Shown here: one piece after another, positions 1 through 11,473 of the stretch
Position numbering within the stretch: the first letter of the stretch is position 1
Layout: every line of letters starts with the position of its first letter
Assembly (NCBI GenBank): GCA_030295235.1
Contig: AP026140.1
Coordinates: forward strand, 992,001-1,036,646
From: Fistulifera solaris
Taxonomy: Eukaryota
Direction: 5' to 3'
DNA: 44,646 nucleotides
Notes under the pieces: generated by a model
Databases searched by the model: none
Seen by the model: only the letters and a program-made list of their open reading frames with translations
Told to the model about the DNA's origin: nothing
Position numbers and translations under genes: made by a program

Positions 1-1880
1 ATGCAGCTTGTCCGTCTTTATACTTACTAGTTGAGATGCTGGCAGAAGGTGAGCCAGCGTGGATGACAGTCGGAACGGCTTCTGCTTCTTGCGAAGACGC
101 ATTAAGCTTTGTCGCCAAGTCAAACAAAACTGCCGTGACATCACCGGGAGGTAAAGCGCGACTCTTTTGCGTTTATGAATGATTTTGGATATCTTCTCAC
201 CAAAAAGGAAATTGCTGAATACGTGCGACTCAAACGGGTCTTCCGACGTAACACTGTCGTCAGCATCTTCAGAATCCGATTCCACGGCTAAATTGGAAGT
301 AACATTTTGGAGAAATTCAATGACCTGCTTGCGCCAAATTTCATCGTTCGCCGCCAATCGTAGCAACAATTCATCGCCGTCAATCTCTTCTTCGCCTTCG
401 TCCGAATTTCCCGAAGCCACGGTGGCCATATCATTGTGATTATCTTCACTTTTTTTGCTCGGATAGTTATCGTGTAAATGGTAACGATCCTGGTTTCTAC
501 TCAAGCACAACGAAAAAGTTTCAAGGGCACGACTACGACGAGAACTGGCGTTACTCCGTAGACTCAGCGTTGTTTTCCACGACTTGAAGGATCGAATATC
601 TTTGCCACTATCGATGCGTTCCAAATAATTCGTTAGAGCTGTAGCCCCCAATATGGCTCTTCTACCACGTTCCAGGTATTGCTCCTTCGTCAGACTACTC
701 GTATCCGATAAAGGGCTTGTTACTGGTTCCCTCTTTATTGACAAAAGTCCATCCCCTCGCAGGATCTTGCCGTACTTTTCTTCCCATGCAAAAATTCACT
801 AACCGCGTGCTCCCGCTCGGCTTGTCTCCGTTCCGCCAGTGCTCTTGATATCCGTTCATTTGCGCATAACACCGATGATGGCGGTTCATTCTCTAAATCG
901 CTTTCCGGACGTAATGGCAACAGTGGCTGTGTCTCTGGGGCGGTGGTTGTGATAGAGTCACTCTGATTGGCACTCGCCTCTTGTGACAGAAGGGGTGGTG
1001 ATTCAAACGGTATTCCACTAAGCTGATCGACCACCATGGGAAAGAGTGCCATGACATCGTTCGCTACTGCCTTGTCTCTTTGTTGTCTTTCGCTTTGTAG
1101 TAGTAGATCCATTCCTCCGATAGAATCAAAGCGCAATTGCAATGTCCGCGCATAGAGACCGGTAGTAGAATCGGGTGTACTCAGGGGTGCTAAGGCTTTC
1201 ATCAGTTGATCGATCGGTAAGCGAACCAGGCTGATATCGTTAACTGCCACGAGTACATCGCCTCTTCGAATGAGTCCAGCCAACTGCGCTGGAGATGCTC
1301 TTCCGTCAATCAGTGCATTGAGACTTTGCACGATGACTTTTCCAGCAATGACACTCAGCTTCATCCCCAATGACACATCGCCGAATTCCTCTTCCTTCTC
1401 GTCTTTTGCTGTGTTCATGCTTGCTACGGAATCGTTCTCAGCTTCAGGTTTGAATTCTCGTTTTCGAACAGCACGCCTTATCAAAGTCACTTGATACTGG
1501 GAAGGCGGCATTGACAAACCCAACACTGTTGCAGATTGTTCCTCAATTTCTACCACACGTGCCGCAATGCGCCCATTTTTCCGTTTTCGTTTCCGAATCG
1601 TCCTTGGTGTCTGAGGAGAAAGATTGTTGAGATTATTGCTTCGCGGTGTTATTCCGTTTGCGGCATTGTTGTTATTTTGTTTCGGAGGAGTTGCTGCCTC
1701 TCCCAATTCGTCGTCATGTACAGTGACGGCAAAATCAACCGTGACAGGTTTTCGTACTGACGTATCTTGTAAATTATCGATTTGTTGATGAGCGATCACT
1801 TCCGAAGAATCATTGGGCGCTTCATTGTCCTCTGCGTCTTGTTGAGCAACTGCATCAGTCGCATCCTGTTTGTCATCCAT
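1..1880 (-). CDS. PDZ-domain-containing protein, 3' end runs off the window; apparent frameshifts near 790 and 165
   Basis: ORF 735..1880 contains a PDZ fold signature (SLGMKLSVIAGKVIVQSL...SPAQLAGLIRRGDVLVAVND). Adding one T to the run at 790-794 continues the frame as EFFAWEEKYGKILRG...DGDELLLRLAANDEIWRKQVIEFL towards position 1. Confidence 0.7.
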
Positions 1881-2292
1881 TCTTTACTGCTATTGCTTGT
1901 GCTAAACAACCGCGCAATCGCTCGCTCTCAAACACTCGTCCTCTCGTAGTGCAATGAAAAGGAATGAACAATCGAGCAGAGCAATTGCATTGCAATAACC
2001 TTCATTTCATTGTCATGTCGAAGAAGAAGATCGAAATAGAGCTCGAAATCAAGGCCATCGTTATCGCGCGGCGTCATCCTTATATACTTTATCAGCTACA
2101 ATAAAATCTTCCAACAGACCCGGATATAGCACTAATCGTCAAGACCCGTTCTTGCCAATTTAGAAAATTATTCGACTTTCTTTTGACCATTTTCAAGCAA
2201 ATAATGCTCCAACAGTTGCTTAAAACTAGGTACACTTGCGCTAGTGGAGAGGCTGCCAAAAAAAGAAAGAATAGTCGAGCGATGATTGAAAA

Positions 2293-2767
2293 GTCTACGT
2301 TTCATTTCACGTAGACCCCGTAGGGAAATTTATCGACAGAGGGCAACCCGGATACTGCGTATTTTTACATTATTCGTTTTTCGGGTCTGTTTGACTGCAA
2401 TGCCTTTGTTTTATGAGCGAACATCAATTGCTTGTACTTACATATAATTTTTACCACCAGTTCAGCATTGAAACGCAGAAAAGAGCGAACATAAAGCGCT
2501 TTGTATGGCTACATGAATTTGACGTAGCCCCCGTAGGAATTTTAATGATGCAAGTAGCACTCGACCTCATCAATCATCGGGTCCGACAGCGACAAATATC
2601 ATAAGAACACTCATCAAAATATTTTCCTTAACACCATAGCAAGAATCGACATTAATTGGAACACCCGCAAACATGGACAATACAACAGATGCGATGTCGC
2701 GAACGTCTACGTACATTTCACGTAGGCCCCCGTAGGGAAATTTATCGACAGAGGGGAGACCCGGACA
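2293..2767. repeat. Three spaced direct copies of a hairpin-containing 30-62 bp repeat in a divergent promoter region
   Basis: Copies start at 2293, 2507 (partial) and 2705. Copies 1 and 3 share gtctacgt..catttcacgtagrccc(c)gtagggaaatttatcgacagaggg..acccgga. Confidence 0.8.
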
Positions 2768-2880
2768 TTCAATTTACGGTACGACACCACTGCACAATAA
2801 CAACAAAATAGCAGGCGCGTTTTTATTTTCAATAAAAAAGTCAAAGATTCAAAAGCAATTTATTTTATTTGATTATCTCC

Positions 2881-4162
2881 ATGATTGTGGCTCCTCGTGG
2901 TAATACAAACGTCACCTATTCTCTTCTTTATTGCTGGGGAATGCTGTTTTTCTCAGCCAACGTCAGTGCATTTCGTAGTCTTTCAAGTCATCTCTCTGTC
3001 ACGAAGTATAGCTCGTCTCTTGCAGCTTTCTTCTTGACGAAATCAACACGCCGCACCTACATGACAACACAATCTTCTACAATCAGCGACCGTGATTCGT
3101 TCTTTTGTTCCCTCCGCGAAGACGAAAACGATTTTCACATCCCATTAGACGCAGCATTAAAGATACACGCACAATGTTCTCCGGAACAAGTTCGATTTGT
3201 CGATGGTACTTGGACGTTACCGACTCCTTCATCGACCACATTGAAACCACGACAACTTTTCGAACAAGGACCGCGCATCCCTGATGCCATTTTCCTCGAC
3301 ATTGATGATTTGGCCGACACAACGACGAATTTGCCGCACATGATGCCATCACCGACACTCTGGAATGCCTACATGAATGCGTATCAGATCACCAACAATC
3401 ATCACTTGATCGTTTACGGGCAGACGACCAATTGTATGTACATTCATCGAGCGTTTGTGCAGTTGTTGTCTATGGGGCATGATCGGTCGAAGTTGCATCT
3501 CTGCACCGCGTCGTTCGAAGAGTGGCAAGAAGCTGGTGGACCGGTCGAGACGTCTGTAAAGTCGGTATTCACAGCAAAAGAAGTCTTAGAAAGAAAGTCT
3601 GCCGGTACCTATCAAGCTACGGAACCTCAAGCTGTTATAGATAAGGGTGCACTGCTTTCGATTGTGAACACACAAAGCAAAAGTCCGGCCGACAACAAGT
3701 ATCGCATCATTGATGTCCGATCGCCCGACCGATTCTATGCGCGCGTCGATGAACCACGACCTGGACTACGCAAAGGCCATATACCCGGAGCAAAAATGTC
3801 TTTTTCGCTTCCCTTTTGCAGGACGACGCGCCGATTCGACTGAAACCTAAAGCGGAGCTGGAACCAATTTTGGCCGAATATCTGAAATTGCCTGAAGGGG
3901 AAAAAGAAGAAGCTACAATTATATCATTGTGTGGCAGTGGTGCTACGGCTTGCACGCTCAAATCAGCTCTTATGATTTGCGGAAGAGATCCCAAATCAAT
4001 ATTACTTTATGATGGAAGCTGGTACGTTGTAAAAAACAGCATTTTGATCTTCGCTGGTCTTTTCTATTTCCATCCCTCAACCCCTGGTTGCTCATCCTTA
4101 CTTTGAACAGGTGTGAATGGGGTGCTGATCCTGAGACTCCCATTGTTGTTACCGAGGAATAG
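2881..4162 (+). CDS. MPST: Tandem-rhodanese 3-mercaptopyruvate/thiosulfate sulfurtransferase; intron 4022..4110; frameshift near 3795-3805
   Basis: Motifs RIPDAIFLDIDDLADTTTNLPHMMP, IDVRSPDRFYARVDEPRPGLRKGHIPGA and active-site loop CGSGATAC. Splicing GT(4022)..AG(4110) gives LYDGSWCEWGADPETPIVVTEE* ending at 4162. Confidence 0.92.
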
Positions 4163-4548
4163 TTGGAGTTTCAAGACAATGTTTTCTACGGAGTGTGTGC
4201 GTAGCCTAAGATTCAGTCGCGGACATTAAGCTATGAGACGATATCACTATGCTTATTACCTCTTTTGGTCTTTGTAGCATCGCCTCGGAAATGTTCAAGT
4301 ACAAGTAACGTTAGTACAAGTAAGGTTAGTATCCCTAGTTTCCTAGCAACTCGTGATCCATTCCCAATAGTGACACTCGGACGTAACAACGTCATCCCAT
4401 CAACGGTACGTCACTTTCATTGTTTTTACGACATGCTCGGAAGGGAGAGAAAGGCTTCTGAAACACGCCGCACTTGAAAGTGGAAACGATACGGACTTGC
4501 GACCCTATAGAATTCCGAAAGGCCCGATTGCCACTAAATATTCTGACA

Positions 4549-4578
4549 TGACGTCAGAAATGCCAAGGGGTGACGTGA
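4549..4578. promoter_or_regulatory. CRE/bZIP-type motifs upstream of the HSF gene
   Basis: Perfect palindrome TGACGTCA at 4549-4556 and TGACGTGA at 4571-4578. Function is not shown. Confidence 0.25.
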
Positions 4579-5158
4579 GAAGCCATGACTATAGCTTTAC
4601 TTGTCCAAAGTTCAATTCTTGACACCTTCGCTCACACGTCACTCCCTCCGCCAGGGAACGAGATCGGCTTGCGGAGACAATTCGAACCGTTCTCACATAA
4701 TCACCACTAATGGCTGTAGCTGCCCACGTAGATTCCCTACGAAGCTGTCGTGGTAGCTAATCTCGTCGATTTTAGCAAGTACGCATGTGGTGAAACGTAC
4801 GATCGCTGAACTCCATCCATCTCACATTTCAACAACTTTGTGGTGGTTTCTCCACCGCTCGGTCTGGCATCCAACCGATTTGTTGACGCCAAAGTGTCAG
4901 CCCGCCTACGTTGCACTACTCTTTTGTATGGGAAACCCTTCCTACGGCACTCATTAGAATCCTTTTCCTTTCTCGATAAAAACAAACAAAATGGAAGAAA
5001 TTATTCTATCCATCGGGTTGATGGCATTATTTTCCTCGCTGCTAAAGTCTTCCGATTATCAAAATACAAAAGAATCAATTACACTTCATCATTCTTTCCT
5101 GGGCGAAAGACGCAAAGCATTCAAGAACTGTCAGACGCACAAAGACAAGACTAATATT

Positions 5159-5967
5159 ATGGCTGCCCTGATACATCATGACATCATGGTCCCTCAGAGT
5201 AATACATCAAGTAACAGCCCAGCAACTGCCATGGCGTATTTCCCTTTCCCGCGAACAGGAAAGCGAGGAGTTCCTCAGCAGTTTCCGCGACGTCTTTTTG
5301 AGATGTTGGAAGGAGAAGCGAAGCTCATGGAACTTGATCCTGTCAACCATCATCAGATCATTTCGTGGTCCGATTCGGGTAAAGCCTTCAAAATACACAA
5401 CATCACGGCCTTTGCGGAAACTATTCTTCCCAAGTACTTTCGCACAACGAAACACAGCTCGTTTCAGCGCAATCTGAACTTGGTATGTGGCCTTTCTTGC
5501 TGATTCTTGTTGTCATCTCTCTGAATTTCTCTTGACTTACACAATCACCTTTTCCTCTACAGTACGGCTTTACAAAAGTACGCCGAGGCCCGGAAACCGA
5601 CATGTACGCGCATCCTTCCTTCTTGCGCTACGAGCCCGAGTCCTTGGTGCATCTGCGAAAGGTAACGACCACCGATCGCAAACGATGGGAGAGTGCTACC
5701 GTGTTGACACCGGACACGCGCTCCGTGTCGCCGACCCATTCTTCTTCATCGGCCGCATCGACTGTGAAACGCACCGCTCCGTTGCCGCCCATGATGCCCC
5801 AATGGACATTGCATCATAGCAGTCGTGTCCCCGATACGCTCACTTTTACCATTTCTCCACCCAACAAGGCCTCTGATCGTGGTAAACTCGATCTATTGGC
5901 TTTGGCAATGGAACAAGAGTTTGCGGTAGCCACTACCGCTGGAGTTCTACCCATGCTACATACCTAA
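5159..5967 (+). CDS. Heat-shock transcription factor (HSF DNA-binding domain); intron 5483..5562
   Basis: FPRRLFEML...IISWSDSGKAFKIH...ILPKYFRTTKHSSFQRNLNL joins after the GT-AG intron to YGFTKVRRGP..YAHPSFLR. The start is uncertain (ATG 5159, or 4991 upstream in frame). Confidence 0.9.
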
Positions 5968-6137
5968 AGCCTACAAACCTGGGGGATCTTACCAAGCCGA
6001 AGATCCCCTCTCCGCCTCTTGTATATTCTTCTACATATTTATCATCACCTATCTTTGCTACGCCGCTATATTATGACACTGACACAAAATTCACCGCTAA
6101 TGCTTCTATATCTAAATTTTAAAGTTTAAAAGGAAGA

Positions 6138-9100
6138 CTAATCTATCTCTAATTCTTCGTCTGGCTCATTTCGAGCACACAGCTGTGATAACGATGGAAT
6201 GCCTTGACCGGGAACTTTTTCAAACACGGCTTGCGATAGAGATTGCTTGGTTACGCCGGGGACTCGACAAGTAGGACAACTGGACGAACGTTGTAGCCAT
6301 TCCAGCCAACAAGACAAGCATGCCATATGGCCGCATTCTGACACAAAGGGTTGGGCACAAGAATCGCTGCAGATGGGGCAGGTCAAATCTTTCGGTGCGT
6401 TGGAGCGTATTGAACGTCGAATGTCAGAAACTTTCCGTTGCACATAGACTTCCGATCCAACTTGTTGCAAACATGCTTGCACAGGATCTGCCTTCTTCAT
6501 GGACGCTACCTGTGAAAATGCTCTATTGGGCTGGGTGGTAGATGAGACGGGAGCGTTTTGCTGAGACATCACCACTGGCTTAGATGAAGGCTTGCTTTTG
6601 GTTGCGTAAGGGTTGGTGGTTGGCTTGTTTAATGGTGGCTTTGCAGGGACCGGATTCTCCGATTCGGCAGGTCGTTTGCGAGTGCTGTTTAACCCAACGG
6701 CGGCAGGTTTGATGGATGCCGGCTTTCCTGGGGCTAGATTTTCAGTTTCAGCGGGACGTTTGCGCGTAATGTATGAGTTGATGGTGGGCTTTGCTTTCGG
6801 CGGCACGACAGATTTTTGGGGTGCGATGGAAGACCCAGCAGCGGGTTGCATATTAGTTGAAGTATCGGTCGGAGATTTGACCGTGTCCGATGATCCGGCA
6901 ACGACTATCTCTGGTTTTGACAACGACGAAAATCTCGCAAGCGATGATCGCTGAAAAGCTGCACCATCAACAACTGCTTCTCCACGATTTGTTTTGTCCG
7001 TCTCGCGAAGTTTTTGGATATTTCGCGAAGCAAGAATATCATCAGCGATTGCGCTGGTACTGGAATGATAAGATTCTGGGATGATTTTGAGTAGAGCATT
7101 AATCATAGATGAAGCCTTCCCTTCGGCTTTCAGTACGATTTTCAAATTGAATTGAACTTCTCTGAGGTATTCTTTTGAGGGCGTCGCTGAAACAGGACCG
7201 TCGCACCAGAGTGATACAAGCAACGTACTGATCCCAGTTTGTATTCTTCCTGCATCAAGGTCCGATAGGGCATCCCTGCAAAGCTTCCCCAGGGAGGAGT
7301 GCTCATAAACACAATTCATCGCGATAGATTGAATGGCTGATCGATGCTGAGATGGCTGTAGCTCGCAAAACAGAAAAACCATCGGTTTCTCCTTTGCCTG
7401 GATGGCCTTGTCGAACGCCCTCAACTTGGCAAATAATGGAAATAACCCCGCGCACATGGATCATGTAGCCTTTTTCATCCTTGTTCTCGCCGCACTGTTT
7501 CATCGCCTTTATTAACTTCTTTATTTTCGATTGCTCTGAGGGCGGAAACTGATTCGTGAGCTTATGCATGAAAGATGCAGCAATTGATTTTGACTCAGAA
7601 GTACCACCAGTCGGCTTGAGTCGCTTTGAAGATTCGAATACGCTATCAATAAAGGAACCTCCTTTCGTGGAAATAGTCAATGTATCTCCTTTCGCATCGC
7701 TGATAGTATGCTCTTTCGGTTTATCAATATCTTTCATATCAATGCGTGCAATAACTCTCTCTGGCGGAACATAAGAAGATCCACCGTTTGCGGAACCAGA
7801 GGCCGCAGTACTTTCTGGCACTTCGCCATTTCTTATGAGAGCAACTTTCGTAATTTCATCCTCCACTGTTTTAGCTATAGGGGAAGCGGCTTCTCGTCAT
7901 CGTAAGCAAGAGAAACACGACCCGTAGATTTTGCTTCCTCCTCTGCGCGCTCTTTGGCTCTGGCTTCAGCGGTCTTGAAAAATTGAATGAGGCCCTTGTT
8001 CGCGACGCCGTATCCTTCATCCGGCTGAACATGGGCGCGTACCCATTTGCTGAGGCCTATCTGATTTCTCTTATCGCCAAATCGAGAATCTAGTAGAAGA
8101 ACAGCCCCGTAATCGTTACGGTTTCGAATAACCCGCCCTATGGCCTGATTGACAGCTCTGTGGGCTTGCTGTGTATACCAGTCATTTCCGGAAAGCGTCA
8201 GAGATGCATCACGAGCTATATTATTTCCCGGGTCACCGAAACCACTATCCGTCCTGGGTTTTACGCTTTTGTTTGCGCGGGCCAAATCTAAGAACTCCCG
8301 TTTCAACTGTACCTTTGCATCGTGAGATGGAGCGAAGGGAATACCAGTGATGACAACCGCTCGACTCATTTCATTAGCAAAATCGATTCCTTCACTGATC
8401 TTTCCACGGCATACTCCCATTAGTATGCACCCTTTCGACTGAGGCAGGTCCAGTAAGCGTTTAAACTCTGACATGGCATCAGGGAGATCGGCTGATGAAC
8501 GCGGTTCCAGAACAATTGACTTGCACGATAACATTCTTTTCCAAGGTGTGTTAGACGGTGTATTACTTGCGAACGCTGCTGGGATCATTGGAAATGAGTA
8601 TTGATTGGCCGCCGACTGTTTCTTTCTGATTGCGAAAAAGTTTTTCTTCTTGTCTTGATCTGAATAGGATCGTGAAGAGGATGGTCCACCCCAGCGTTCA
8701 AGACATGTTTCCATGACGCCGTACGATGGAAAAAACACTAGCATTCCGTCAGGCGTTACTCTCGCGATGTTGACTAGAGTGTTGCCGAGCTCGCTGTAAT
8801 ATTCCCCATCTTGGCGCCGCTGGTAAGAACTATTAAGGATCTTCCCTGTCACGCCTGTACCGATCACACGAACATGAATCTGATCGTCACCAATAATGTG
8901 AGGGTTTTCAAGGACATTCGGAAATGGCAACCCAAGCTCCATCGCGTAACTCGGAAGCGGAGACAATGTACCAGATGTCACCAGAATGGACCGCACTTTG
9001 AGCCCAGCGAGCTCTTCCATTGCCATTGCCGGCGCAAAGCACCAGTAGGAGATCGTTCTACCCGCGTTAGGATCGGTAGTTTTCGGCGAGACGTGAACTC

Positions 9101-10435
9101 TATAATAAGCAGCCTTGGCAACACATCTGGACTCCAGCGGGTGTCCGTATACGCGTTTCAGGCATTGAATGAAATGCTCCAGCTTAGGCGATCCGCGTGT
9201 TGCGCCCGTTCCTCGCATGTCCATAATAGCATCATTGATTTTCTTGATTTCCTGAATGAAAAGATCGTGGTTGGCATGCGTTATTTTAGCCCCTTGTTGA
9301 AAGAAATGCATCATAAATTCACCGGAGTAAGCTGTTTGCGGCCCTAAATTCACAAGATATTCTTCCAAGCTAAGAAACAAGGCTTTCAGTCGAACGATGT
9401 TATCCACCTTCAATTGCAGGTCAGGCAAGGCTTGTACATAATTCATTGCCTTTGTCAGTTCTGCAATGCAGCCGGCGATATCGCCATTCGAGAGGTCGAA
9501 TGAAGCACTGTCGCTGGCAAATGACTCAAGGTTGTGGGCTTCATCAAATATTACAACAGCATTCTCCCACGCTATTTCTGCCAGAGTCGTCGTCCGCGAA
9601 TCTTTGTCAAAAAGATAATTATATGGCATCAAAATAAGTTCGGCGCCTTCGACGAGCGATCGAGTGTAGTAAAACGGGCACACGTTATGTTTTTTGCCGA
9701 CTTCCAGCAATTCTTCAATATCCATGATCGGTTGTGTACCGCCTCCGCTGGCAGAATCATCCACGGGCAAAGAAAATCGCTCGAGATTGTTTTTAAATCG
9801 ACACTTCCGATCCTTTCCTAGCTTATTGCAATCGTGATTAATATCAAAAGACGATGCGTGTTGCGTTTTTACCTTTGGATTGACACACATTTGTTCACGT
9901 GAGCCTACACCACAAAAAAAGTGAGAAGCAGGGTGGTCTCTAAAATAGGAACATGCCTCGTATACGCACCTAGAATCGCATGCTGAGGCCGATATCGTGT
10001 TGTCTTGAGTTCACGCAATACTTGTGTCAGCTGAGAATGCGTTCTCGATGCATAAATAACAGTGGGTACGCGCCTTTGAGGCTGCTTTTGTTGTTGACTC
10101 ATTTGTGGCTGTTGTTGCATATCTTCCCGGGGTACATCTTGTGCGGCCAAGTGCACTAACCGAGCTTGTTCGCGTTGCCAAGCCAAAGTCGCACATAGCA
10201 AGCAGAGTGTTTTCCCAGTTCCAGTAGGCGACTCAAGTAGTGCATTTTCGGCGCGAAACAACGATTCCATTACCTTCCGCATGTAAGCCTCTTGACATGG
10301 GTAAGGTTGAAACGGAAAATGAACATTCACACCGTTAAGTTGAAGAGTCGTTGGTGCTGAAGAAGCTCGCCGTCGACGTGTCGAGACGACGACTCGACTT
10401 TCCGTTTCTTGTGCCTTTGGTTGGAAGGATCTCAT
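6138..10435 (-). CDS. RTEL1: RTEL1-like XPD-family Fe-S DNA helicase with C-terminal RING finger; intron 9905..9969; frameshifts near 7870 and 7450
   Basis: Motifs [34 protein letters not shown], spliced [48 protein letters not shown]. The C-terminal [17 protein letters not shown] is a RING. Four consecutive minus-strand ORFs join into one gene. Confidence 0.88.
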
Positions 10436-10647
10436 TCTTCTGCCTTATTAACGCCCTTTATGAATAGATAACAGATTATTAAAGATATAATAAAATAGAA
10501 TGGATGCAAAAGAATAAAAAAAATAAATGACGCAATGTTGTCGTTGTCGGAGGCAAGAGTGAGGACGAGTTGGTCCTTCAGAATTTCCGTCTGATTCAAA
10601 ATAAGTGCGACGGTATCTAGTATACTCCAAACTGTAGCCGACACTTT

Positions 10648-10890
10648 CCACGACTGCACTTCAGTCATGAATCATCAATCTTTCGAATGACAATTTGTGG
10701 CGTAAAATCAGTTCATTCGCCGAGTTTTTGAGCCCCATTTTTCCTTGTTGCAATGCAACAGTCTTAAGCAGCGTTTGATTCGTAAACATGGATGTATGTG
10801 CGTCGAAAAGCAAGCGAAACGTTGCCTTTCGTAAAATTACTGTGAAGCAAAGTGTTGTCTGGATTCGCCACGACTGCACTTCAATCATGA
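10648..10890. repeat. 23-bp direct repeat pair 220 bp apart (dispersed family, second locus at 27155-27392)
   Basis: ccacgactgcacttcagtcatga (10648-10670) and ccacgactgcacttcaatcatga (10868-10890). Confidence 0.75.
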
Positions 10891-11473
10891 TTAAAACAGC
10901 AACAAAATATATTATCTGAGAAAGATTGTCACCTCACGTTTCAATTCCTAGAAGCGTTAGCTGAGACAAAATGCTGCAAGATGCAAGCAATATGCGAAAT
11001 ACGAAATACGAAGGCCTTAAACAAAGGAATCAGGAATTTCACTCGAAGCTGTAAAATTTTCATGAATTTTTAGTCGTGGGAAAGGTGCTTCTCGCGACTC
11101 CGTCCGCTGGTGAAGTGGCGGTGGGACTGACGTCTATACTTCGTTGTCAATACTACGATGTGCAGGCGCGATTACTGTGAAATGTTTACAGTCGAACACG
11201 TTTTCTTCCGGCAACACAAGCACGCAGGAAATGTCCTTGTCGCGCATGCCCACTTTTTTGCACCGCGACTTTCATAAAGGGTAGTCGCTCCAGAGAACTA
11301 TAAACTTGAGTGTAGACAACTTTTTTTTCTTCGATGGACTACTGTACGAGCATGAAAGCAAGACGCGATCTGCTCGATGAATGAATAACGTATTGAAAGC
11401 TAACACTGCCTCTCCTATCAATTGATTGCATCTTTGGTCCCATCTGCTTTGAATTACATATTAATCTGCTAAA

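Noticed and set aside
2293..2767. CRISPR array
   Set aside because: Only three degenerate copies, spacers of about 150-180 bp, eukaryotic context and no cas genes. Retained only as a hairpin repeat.
6138..10435. Functional link between the RTEL1 gene and the nearby telomere
   Set aside because: It lies about 34 kb away among unrelated housekeeping genes, so proximity alone is not evidence.
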